From NCBI RefSeq assembly GCF_964204645.1, contig NC_134027.1, forward strand, positions 12,246,485-12,310,484: DNA of 64,000 bases, in the 5' to 3' direction. The DNA is from Tubulanus polymorphus. Taxonomy: Eukaryota; Animalia; Nemertea. The notes under the pieces are model-generated. The model did no database searches. It was not told the DNA's origin and was given only the letters and a program-made list of their open reading frames with translations. Shown here piece after piece: positions 49,461 through 58,803 of the stretch. The translations under genes and the position numbers were made by a program. Position 1 is the stretch's first letter. Every line of letters begins with the position of its first letter.

Positions 49461-50216
49461 ATGGAAGGAGGTAAAGTATATAAACATATTCCATACATCG
49501 ATACACATGAAAATAATGATGGTTTATATTATGTAATACCTTGTAATATAGCTTTGATATTTGATCCTATTTTTAAAAATTATAAAACTAAACTGATAGA
49601 AATCGATAATAATAAAAGTGGTGTTGTTGATAATTTAAGTAATGTAATTGATAATAATGTAATACCTTCTACATCTAATAACGTAATACCTTCTACATCT
49701 AATAACGTAATACCTTATACATCTAATAACATAATACCTTCTACATCTGTAATACCCTCTACATCAAATAATATAATACCTTCTACATATAATAATACAA
49801 TAATATTAGATGTTAGTGAAAATAGAAATTATTGTGGTTATTGTAATGGTGAATTTTCAAACGCTCCATCAAATTGGAATAAACATATGATTACAAATTC
49901 ACATATTACTAATGTTATAGAACGTGTTGGCAAAAAAGAATTTATAGAACACCCATTTAGATATGTTACAAAATTTGTTTCAAATAAAAAAGTAAATGGT
50001 GAAAAAATATATGAAGATTTATTATTAGCAACACCTTATAAAGATGAATTAGATTTAACCGATGCTAATGAAATATTAGGATCAAACACTGTAAATGAAA
50101 TATTAGGATCAAACACTAATAAAGATGATAATGATAATGATGCCATAAAGCACCCACATGATGATATAGTTACAGTTAAACATATTGATAATAAAGATTC
50201 TATAAAACTTAAATAG
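49461..50216 (+). CDS. Hypothetical protein with NNVIPSTS repeats and a C2H2-type finger
   Basis: About five 24-bp repeats at 49650-49795; CGYC...HMITNSH; two NEILGSNT repeats. Confidence 0.75.
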   Translation: MEGGKVYKHIPYIDTHENNDGLYYVIPCNIALIFDPIFKNYKTKLIEIDNNKSGVVDNLSNVIDNNVIPSTSNNVIPSTSNNVIPYTSNNIIPSTSVIPSTSNNIIPSTYNNTIILDVSENRNYCGYCNGEFSNAPSNWNKHMITNSHITNVIERVGKKEFIEHPFRYVTKFVSNKKVNGEKIYEDLLLATPYKDELDLTDANEILGSNTVNEILGSNTNKDDNDNDAIKHPHDDIVTVKHIDNKDSIKLK

Positions 50217-50239
50217 AAAATAATAATAAATTTGATTGG

Positions 50240-50428
50240 ATGAATAAGCATAACAATGAAACAACTATTGATGATTTAGTAAAAAATGTGAAAAAGGTGA
50301 AAAAGGTGAAAAAGGTGAAAAAAAATTATAAAGATGTTGATGTAGATTCGGTAGAGCATTTAAATATGTTGTTAGAGCCGTCTGATAGTGAAAGTGATTC
50401 AGAAATTGATTATCTAAAACTCGAATAA
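50240..50428 (+). CDS. Small hypothetical protein with KKV repeats and acidic tail
   Basis: GTGAAAAA(G) x4; lacks the TAAATG start and may be a detached C-terminus of the upstream ORF. Confidence 0.4.
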   Translation: MNKHNNETTIDDLVKNVKKVKKVKKVKKNYKDVDVDSVEHLNMLLEPSDSESDSEIDYLKLE

Positions 50429-50584
50429 TAAAGGTTGAAAATTGTATAAAATAATAGTAAATAAAAAAGGGGGTTTAAATTATTTAAGGTATCTAATAGG
50501 GTATCAGGTATTAGGGTATCAGGTATTAGGGTATCAGGTATTGGGGTATATAATAGGGTATCTAATACATAGGTATACAAATAG

Positions 50585-51199
50585 TTATTTTATAAATTTA
50601 TATTCATATGGAAATTGTAATCTCAGTAATAATTTTGAACCTTTATTATTTTTTAATTTATTCATATATTCATCATGTAATTCAGGAGGTATAATTTGAT
50701 TTTCTTCCAATGATTGTTGCGTAGATTTTCTATCTTTGTTGTAGAATAAAACTAGAAATCTTATATTCTCTCTAAAATCTTTAACAATTGAATTATATTT
50801 TTGATTTAAAACCCAAGTTGTTATCCCAAAATGTCTACCAGAGAAAGCTAAATAACATAACTCGCTTTCTCTAATTTTAGAATCATGTAAATTTGCGCAA
50901 TCATCGATAATAAATAATGTATTAGATCCTTTATAAATATCTAATGCAATTTTTATACAATTATCTAAATTTTCTTTTACTGTTTTAGAATTTAATATAA
51001 TAAACTTTTTATCTTTAAAAACTATATCTCTATTATACGTTTCATTCATTTCATAAGTAGGACAGAATAATATTATATTATCAAAATGATTCTTATAAAT
51101 AGTTTCTAATAAATCTAATATGAAATGTGTTTTACCACAATTTGTAACTCCAGTAACTAACATATTATGTGGTTCAAATATAAATAAATCTTTATTCAT
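50585..51199 (-). CDS. A32-like (FtsK/HerA) genome-packaging ATPase
   Basis: Walker A GVTNCGKT, Walker B FIIDDC, SGRHFGITTWVLNQ, R.N motif. Confidence 0.93.
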   Translation of the reverse strand: MNKDLFIFEPHNMLVTGVTNCGKTHFILDLLETIYKNHFDNIILFCPTYEMNETYNRDIVFKDKKFIILNSKTVKENLDNCIKIALDIYKGSNTLFIIDDCANLHDSKIRESELCYLAFSGRHFGITTWVLNQKYNSIVKDFRENIRFLVLFYNKDRKSTQQSLEENQIIPPELHDEYMNKLKNNKGSKLLLRLQFPYEYKFIK

Positions 51200-52280
51200 T
51201 TATTCTTTTAATTTTACTAGATAAAATCCATTCATTAAATTTATCATCATATCCTTTATATTTCACCAAAGAATACTTTTTTCCTTTAAGAGTTTTTGTT
51301 TTCAATACTTTTTCTATTTTGTATTCTATTTCATCTGGATTTGGTACTAATGATAATTCTTGTTCATAAAAATAACCTAATATTTCTTCATCTTTTAAAT
51401 CAAACAATTTATAAACAAAAGGTTTAGTTAATATTATCTTTTTAATCTTGCATATTTCTTCTGTAAAATTAGGGGTATAACCTTTATAAAATATTTTTCG
51501 ATATTTAGAAATTCTAACATGTTGTCCTATTTTAAATTTAGGTTCTCCAAAATCGTGTGTAACAAATGCTCCATATAAATTATTCCAAACTATTTCTGAA
51601 TTATCTTCTTTTCTAGCTTGTATAGGTTTCATATTTATAGAACTATGTTTAGAATTATTATAACCTTTAACTAAATCATCTAACACATCGATATATTTAT
51701 ATGTTTCATTAGCGGTGAAATATTTCCACATTCTAGTTTTCAATGTTTTATTAAATCTTTCTATAATAGATGCTTTTTTATCTGAATGTGTTGAAAAATA
51801 TTCTACATCGTTATCAGATAATAGTTTTTTAAAATGTTTGTTATAAAATTCCTAACCTTCATCAAATTGTATTTTATCTGGGATAGCTTCTTTAAATATT
51901 AATTTGAAAGAATTTGTAACTTCTATACCAGTTTTATTTTTAATCGGGATACTCCATGCGTATCTACTGAATATATCTATAACATTTAATATCCAGAAAT
52001 ATCCTTTGTTATATTCTTCTAAGTTTTTCATATCAATTAAATCAGCTTGCCATTGCTGATCGATATATGAAACCATAACTTTTCTTGTTAAATATTTTTT
52101 ATCCATCTTTTTATGAATTTGATATGTGGGTTGATTTTGTAACCATGATTTTAATTCACTATATTTTATTTTTTCTTTATCAGATTTAATTTTATCCCAT
52201 AATTCCGAAACACTTGAATATGAAACTTCACTTTCTGGGTTGTAATATAAATCTCTTAAATATTGTTCTTTTTTCATCAT
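51192..52280 (-). CDS. Retroviral-like (RVE) integrase with C-terminal chromodomain; in-frame TAG at 51852-51854
   Basis: QWQADLIDM, VIDIFSRYAW, IQFDEG*EF, KASIIERFNKTLK, YNNSKHSSI..KP, KGYTPNFTEE, YKIEKVL...LVKYKGYDDKFNEWI. Confidence 0.95.
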
Positions 52281-52283
52281 ATT

Positions 52284-52679
52284 TTAATCCATTAATAATA
52301 TTTTAGATTTATTTTCATTTGATTTATTTTCTGGTGGTTTATTGTCTGTACATGGATAACTAAGTTTCCGATCATCTTTATCATCAGATTTGAATTTTGA
52401 TTTATATATTACACCAGATAATATAATAACTGTTACTAATCCAATTGTAATATATAATTTATAATTACTTCCAGCATTAGAAGAATTAGATGGATTATCA
52501 TTTGAATCAATACCACCGTGTGGGTGCCGTACGGCATCATCAGATAATTTCTGTGATTCATTTATATCAGTTAATTTCTTTTTCTTAGCTTTTTTTAATT
52601 CTGAAGATCTTTTACCTAATTCTCTTGCCCATTTAATTTGTTTCTCGGATCTAGCCTTTTTCTTAACTCCATCACTCAT
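52284..52679 (-). CDS. Basic single-pass membrane protein (131 aa)
   Basis: K/R-rich N-terminus; TM segment LYITIGLVTVIILSGVIY. Confidence 0.75.
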   Translation of the reverse strand: MSDGVKKKARSEKQIKWARELGKRSSELKKAKKKKLTDINESQKLSDDAVRHPHGGIDSNDNPSNSSNAGSNYKLYITIGLVTVIILSGVIYKSKFKSDDKDDRKLSYPCTDNKPPENKSNENKSKILLMD

Positions 52680-53277
52680 TTATTTTAGTTAATTTTTGTT
52701 CTGATTCATTTTCTGTTTCGACGTTTTGTTGTAGTACATCTGTTTCGTTCTTACCTGATTTATATTCCATAGGTTTGATGTTCGAAAATGTTATAACTCC
52801 AGTAGAAATCAACGTCATAACCGATCCTAATTGGAATGAAGCATATCCAACCCATTTTTGTAATTCAGTCATAACTAAATAGTCATTTTTCAAATCATTA
52901 TATAATTTATTTTCATCATCAATTGGTATTAACTGGTTACATAATTTTGAATAACATTTGATAATACCATCTGAAATAGAATCATTTATTCTAGCTAATC
53001 TTGACTCTTCATAAATCTTAAAATATTTAATTACTTTTTCTTTGTTCATATTATCTAATTCTTGAAAAGTGATTGTTTTACCAATAAACTCTTTAGTTTT
53101 TCCACTCGCAATCAATAGTTCTAGATGATGCTTACAATATAAATAGTATTCATAATCAATATTACTATCAATTTTATTATCACATTTAGTTGCCACATTA
53201 TCATTATCATCTGTTAGACCTAAATCTTCCAAAGTTTTTTCAACTTTAACATTATTCTTATTCGATTTCTTAGACAT
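52672..53277 (-). CDS. Hypothetical protein (201 aa)
   Basis: Intact ORF with TAAATG start, overlapping the next gene by 8 nt. Confidence 0.75.
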   Translation of the reverse strand: MSKKSNKNNVKVEKTLEDLGLTDDNDNVATKCDNKIDSNIDYEYYLYCKHHLELLIASGKTKEFIGKTITFQELDNMNKEKVIKYFKIYEESRLARINDSISDGIIKCYSKLCNQLIPIDDENKLYNDLKNDYLVMTELQKWVGYASFQLGSVMTLISTGVITFSNIKPMEYKSGKNETDVLQQNVETENESEQKLTKINE

Positions 53278-53502
53278 TTATATTAGAGAAATTTAATAAG
53301 AATAGTATTATAAGTATTCTTCAAATGATACTAGCTAGTTAAAGTTAAAGAATTCTAGTATTAGTTATTGTTTTTTTATTATTTTTTATTTGTGATATAA
53401 AGTATTCTTTTTTGAAAAGAAAATATTAAAAATTAAAATAGAAATAATAGATAGTTGAAGGTATGTAATTTTTATTATATTTTATTTGAGATATATTAAT
53501 CT

Positions 53503-54168
53503 TTAACCACTCATTAAAGACTCAACGTATTGTTCATTATTTGGATTATTATTCCATTGATCAATAAATTTCTTTGCTTTTGTTAACTGTTCTAAATATA
53601 ACTGTAAATCTAGTTTATTAGATTTGATTTGATTTTCTTTCTTTTCTAAAGGCCTTAAATTTTTCCAACCCCAAATAAGTTTTTTATTATATTCATCATT
53701 CATGTTAAATTTAGATATTGGTAACACGTGATCAATGTGGTAATAATCCCCATAATTATCTATATTCATTTTATCATCGAATTGAAATATAATCCATGAT
53801 TTGAGAAATTCATCTGAACAACCCAACAAATTAGTTAATGTTTCTGAATGTGTTTCTTTGTTGAATAATTGTGTTAATCTAGTCCTTAAGCATTGTTTCA
53901 ATCTAAAATTAAGATCTGTTTGATATCTTTCTCTCATATATTTTGTCATATAATAATTATAATGTTTTATATTATCTTCTCGATATTGTTTGGTGTATAG
54001 TTTAGTACAAGTTTTACAACAATATTGAAAACCATCTTTGCTAATCTTACGCTTACTAAATTCTGTTAATGATTTATCTAATTCACATTTAGAACATTTC
54101 TTGTAATATATGTTTATAACGCCAGTGTTATTTGTAATATTGATAGTTTGTGGTTGTTCTGGTTCCAT
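53503..54168 (-). CDS. Zn-binding / HNH-like endonuclease (221 aa)
   Basis: CSKC...EF...DG...CKTC; NYGDYYHIDHVLPI...WKNLRPL..KEN..KS. Confidence 0.75.
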   Translation of the reverse strand: MEPEQPQTINITNNTGVINIYYKKCSKCELDKSLTEFSKRKISKDGFQYCCKTCTKLYTKQYREDNIKHYNYYMTKYMRERYQTDLNFRLKQCLRTRLTQLFNKETHSETLTNLLGCSDEFLKSWIIFQFDDKMNIDNYGDYYHIDHVLPISKFNMNDEYNKKLIWGWKNLRPLEKKENQIKSNKLDLQLYLEQLTKAKKFIDQWNNNPNNEQYVESLMSG

Positions 54169-54304
54169 TTATTATACGTATTTTTTTACTAAATTGGTTA
54201 ATAATTTATAATCCTCTTCCATTTCTTCGACCAACGTTATCCTTTTTCATTCTTCGTTGCTTTTGATAAGTTGTTTCGATTCCTTGATATCTAAATAATA
54301 CAAG

Positions 54305-54770
54305 CGGCTGGCCATTTGTGGCCGGTTTTGTTTAATGCGCATGCGTTAAACATAATTATAAATTCATTCTATAAATTATGTAAAATAGAAATGACCGACA
54401 TAAAATATCAAAACGTGTTCGCACTAGGTAAAACCGCTCTTATTGAAGCGTTTTTGCTTAATGCGCATGCGTTAATCATAATTATATATTCATTCTATAA
54501 ATTCTGTAAAATAGAAACAACACATGTGTTACATGCGTCACATGCGGCCATTTATGGCCGGTTTTGCTTAATGTATATGTGTTAATCATAATTATATATT
54601 CATTCTATAAATTCTGTAAAATAGAAACAACTGAACATAGAAAATTCAAACGCATTCATGTCCGCGTCACATGCGTTACATGCGTCACATGCGGCCATTT
54701 GTGGCCGGTTTTGCTTAATGCGTATGTGTTAATCATAATAGAAACGACTGAACATAAAAATTCACAAATC
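54305..54770. repeat. Four degenerate 100-150-bp tandem units with short palindromes inside the Polinton
   Basis: GGCCATTT(G/A)TGGCCGGTTTTG(C/T)TTAATG...GTTAA..CATAATTATA.ATTCATTCTATAAATT.TGTAAAATAGAAA at about 54310, 54445 (partial), 54545 and 54692. Confidence 0.85.
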
Positions 54771-55694
54771 AGATTTACACAATACATTATACAAGTTGTT
54801 CAGTCATTTCTTCCAATACATCATTTGATTTCTATAAATACAATTTATAATTACAAACATTTTTTCAATTGCTGGTAAATATTTAACTACATCAACAAAT
54901 GTTAAACTTAATCATTGGAGTCTTAATGTTTTTGAAATTCTTATATAGTTTCTTCGTCGATCTTTTGGTGATTCTATTGGTTCGATATCCATTGCTGTTG
55001 ATTCCTCAGTCAGAAAGAGTATCTTGAGTTTCTCTATCGCTTCTTGATGCGTATGACTTTTTATTAATCTAAAAGATATTAGCGGTAACTCTAGCTATCT
55101 AAAAGATATACTAAACACACTTAAATATATCTAAAGGTTTCATATTTAATAGTCTTAATAACTACAACAAACAGTACTTACATTTAGATTTATAATTGTA
55201 AACTATAAACTCCTTATTTTGTTTCGAAAGATAGAATATCCTGAGCACAATATTACAGCGTATATCCATTTCCGGGGTGATTTCTAGAATGACACGTCGT
55301 TGATTATGCCACGTCATCTAGTTCCGGTTCTAGAATATTCTACACGTTTCTGATTATGACGTGTCATAATGTCTCGTCGTTATAGTAACAACTGTAACAG
55401 CTGTGAATTTATAGATTTATTCTATAGCTCTGTACATTGAATGTATATAGGTTAAAATAGAATCATTTTCTAGTATAAACATCTAGAACAAGCGTGTTGA
55501 GACTTGTAAATTATGAGATTTGTGATTCGCTAACGTTCGCCGTATACACAACGCGTTGAAGTTGAAAAAAAATCAATAATAAAAGCATTTAGATCAATGA
55601 AATTAATTAACTCTTTACAATTGAAATATAAGCTGGTAACATATGTTTACTAGAGCTAATACAACCAACTATATAGCTGAGTATTATCGGGTGT

Positions 55695-55868
55695 TTATAA
55701 CGATTCAACATATTTTTCACTATGTGTTGAGTTCCTTAATTCGATAAATGTTTTTGCTTTAACCAACTGGACTAAAAACAAATGTGTTTTAGTTTTATTG
55801 TGTCTTGCTTTTTGGGATTTATCTATATCGATATTACATGTTGGGCAGTAGTATTTATTTGCTTCCAT
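55695..55868 (-). CDS. 57-aa ORF created by the right TIR: pPolB N-terminal zinc finger plus a novel tail
   Basis: MEANKYYCPTCNIDIDKSQKARHNKTKTHL-FLVQLVK...ESL*; 29 of the first 30 residues match pPolB. Expression unknown. Confidence 0.45.
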   Translation of the reverse strand: MEANKYYCPTCNIDIDKSQKARHNKTKTHLFLVQLVKAKTFIELRNSTHSEKYVESL

Positions 55869-56356
55869 TTTTATACTATATTTTTTATTAAAATTGATTT
55901 TAGAAGTTCAATGATTTATATTTTATTCATATATATATGAATATTTTAAGAGTAAAAGGGATAATGGGCTTTCGGGTTAAAGGTTTAATGATCGAGTTCA
56001 TTAATAACATATATTAAAAGTAATTAAAAAACTATAATATATTTTCATAACCGCGTGCATTTCAGTTGAATAATAGAATAATTATTATCATTTGAATATA
56101 TTTGATTATTTGAATTTGTGTATTGTAATTAAATCAATTGGTCGCGGAGCGGAGCGGTGGCGAAGCGGAGCGACCAATTGATTTAATACAATATGCTTTT
56201 TATATTATTGATATCTTAGAATAAATATTTAGTTTTGATATAAAATGCACGCGGTTATGAAAATATATTATAGTTTTTTAATTACTTTTAATATTTTGTT
56301 TTTTAATGGGCTCGACCGTTCGACCTTTGGTATGAAAGCCTATTACCCCTATTACT
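55780..56356 (-). repeat. Polinton right TIR (about 577 bp)
   Basis: Matches the left TIR except for clustered differences at about 55955-55980 and a few single changes. Confidence 0.95.
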
Positions 56357-58730
56357 GGCCCATTTACTGGGAAATTCCACAGAAGCCTAATGTGGTTTGT
56401 TACAAGCGCTGTGATTGGCCCAATCCGATTCTGGCATGGCTTTAGCTTAGTGGGTTCGAATCCCTTGACGGGTGAAGATGATGGATCCTATCAATATCTA
56501 TTGAAACAAATAAGTTTCCCGGTTGGGCAGCCGCGGATATCTACAGTACCGGATGTGTTCCGGTTCGATATTTCGAGGTTTCTTTGAATTTTGGAGTGAT
56601 ATTGAAATCCGGTAAATACCAGCGGTAGATTGTGAAAACCCATTGCATGATATTTGTATTACTTAGTCAACGAAAAGCGTCGGGGCCGCGCCAGGAGTTT
56701 TCAAGTAGCGCAATAGCCTACTTCTTCGAGTTCGTCCACCTCAATTTTCACTCCGCCGATCTCTGACACGGCTCTGTCCCCGTCGGCGCTGTGATTGCAC
56801 TTTCGTACCACCAAAATTTTTTATTTCTATATCAGGGAGGTCTGGAGAATAAAAAAGTCAAAATTTGGATATCACATAGGCCTGATTTCATCGAATAAGT
56901 CGACCATGGTCGTTACGTTTCCGTACTTATTACCACCTAAAACCGTCTGAACAATTTTGTCACAACCAACATTTCGTTTACAGAAATCAGGTGTTCACGT
57001 GAATCCGTGGTATCGTCTACTGTCTTACTTCCGGGTTTTATTTTAAGGTTTAAAATTGTATTTCAAGATCGATTTCTATGAAATCTTTAGTTGATTTGGT
57101 GTTTGGGAGGAATTTTTATTTGCTCTACAGAAAATTCATCCTTGACAATTGCGCAAGGTTCGCGAAAAAAAGGTTTTACCAAATCGGGTGTATGACCTTG
57201 ATATGCTAATTAGCCATGTGCCCGAATTGCAAATTCAATCAAATTTTATTCTGCCAAAAAATGTTAAATACAATTCGCTTTCCGAGAGTTTATGGTATGC
57301 TGCATGGAACAAAGTTGTTTTGAGATGGGTCTTGAAGCTATTGAGGTCGAGAGATAACCATCTAGATAGTTCGTGAGAGTTCCAAAGTTTTGAAGACGCT
57401 TCAAGGTAATGTCTTGATATTTGTTTTATACGTGTATCTACCCTAGACACATCTTCAGGCCAAAAACTGGCCCTGTCAGATTCAAGATGGCCGCTGGCAG
57501 CCATTGTTGTTCGCCAAAATCAGCACTTTTTACACATTTTTGAAGTTTTCGAGGGAAATTTTGAAGACACTTTTATCAATAACCTTGATCATTCGTATAT
57601 ATTTGTATCCCCCGAGGGCCCATCGGCATGTGAAAAATTGAGTTGATCGGACTCAAGATGGCCGTACTGTGACCTTTTTTGTTCCCAAAAATGTCAATTT
57701 TGGCCTGAATTCTGAGTACTGTAGCTTTCTAATGGTGCGCCATGTTTCATTGCAATTTGTAATGGGTATTCTTTGGAAAGGGATCTTTTATATCCGAGAG
57801 GGTATTTTTGACCAGGCAATTATGACGCACTTGGCGGCCATCTTGGGGTCATCAGTACTCATTCGTAGGTGGAAAAAAAGTTTTTCCACATCATAATTGA
57901 TACTTAAGCATATTTTGCTACTATAATCAATTGGAAAGTTGTAGCTCATGACATGTTCTATGATCGAGGTGAGTTTTAAGCTCATTGGTTTTTTTTATGG
58001 CCACCAGGGGGTGTTGCACAATACAATAACTTAGTATTTCTATATTACATTCGTTCTTGCTGTCTGTGTTAACACACTATTTTACTATGTAAATGATATT
58101 GAGCAGGGAGTGTATATTGATAAATATAACCCACAGATTACATCATTTATAAAAAGCAAATCTGACAGGCTGGCCATTGTGCCCCTTGGGGCTCTTGTTG
58201 ATTTTCTTTTGACTTGGAATATAGTGGGAGAAGGATGAACCCTATTCTTTTTGATTTATGTAGGGTAGGTTATCAAAGTTGGTCGTTTTGGTGTGCGTGA
58301 AATAGCCATTTCGGAGCTTGTTCTAGCTCTACAGTCTACGGTTTTGTATTGATTTTCTTATGACTTTTCTTATGGCCATGACTATGGTCATCTTAGATGG
58401 TCGCCACAGTTATATCGACATCTCAAATAGCCAATTTGGAGCTTGTTTGACCGATTTCCTTCAATCTGATCTTTAGTTTCATGAGGAGGATGGGCCCTAT
58501 TATTTTGACATATAAAGGTCATCCAAGATGGCTGCAGCAACAAAATTCCTGTGTGGAATAAGCATTGGACCAGAACTATAGATAGCAAACAATATGTCTA
58601 TGAATTAAGTATGATAATTTTATCATGTGTGAATATTGTGTGGTGAGCTCTAATTATGTGGCTGTGGAAACGGCGGGTAACAGAACTATACCTAGTAGAT
58701 AGCAAATGTGTTTTATCTGAAGAACACAAT

Positions 58731-58803
58731 TCCCCACACAGGAATCGAACCTCTGGCCTTCACCTCTGATCTGTTAGTTGTTGTACCAACTACGTACGCT
58801 AAC
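58731..58803 (-). mobile_element. tRNA-derived SINE head or tRNA pseudogene
   Basis: A-box-like TAGCGTACGTAGTTGG and B-box GGTTCGATTCC on the minus strand; no intact cloverleaf. Confidence 0.45.

Larger units (their letters stand above)
37954..56356. mobile_element. Complete Maverick/Polinton (endogenous polintovirus), 18.4 kb
   Basis: Ends AGTAATAGGGG...CCCCTATTACT; 6-bp TSD GGCCCA at 37948-37953 and 56357-56362. Encodes pPolB, integrase, ATPase, MCP and penton. Intronless and extremely AT-rich. Confidence 0.97.
37553..58199 (+). mobile_element. Helentron/HINE-like non-autonomous element (about 2.2 kb of its own sequence) hosting the Polinton
   Basis: 5' TTATTAGGCCAGCCGTAGGGCTGAGCCTA hairpin. 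3' subterminal inverted copy AGGCTGGCC, then hairpin GCCCC-TT-GGGGC and TCTTGTT. Contains one copy of the 154-bp unit. A second copy of the 5' end starts at about 61303. Confidence 0.7.

Noticed and set aside
50442-50699. ORF with GYQVL repeats
   Set aside because: TTG start, translation of a 15-bp DNA repeat, and antisense overlap with the ATPase.
37954-56356. Bacterial or phage contamination, or a chimeric join, suggested by the dense AT-rich ORFs
   Set aside because: A perfect 6-bp TSD, long TIRs, continuity of the host HINE on both sides and the Polinton gene set show a genuine integration.
58731-58803. Functional tRNA gene
   Set aside because: A and B boxes are present, but the acceptor and anticodon stems do not pair; treated as a SINE head or pseudogene.
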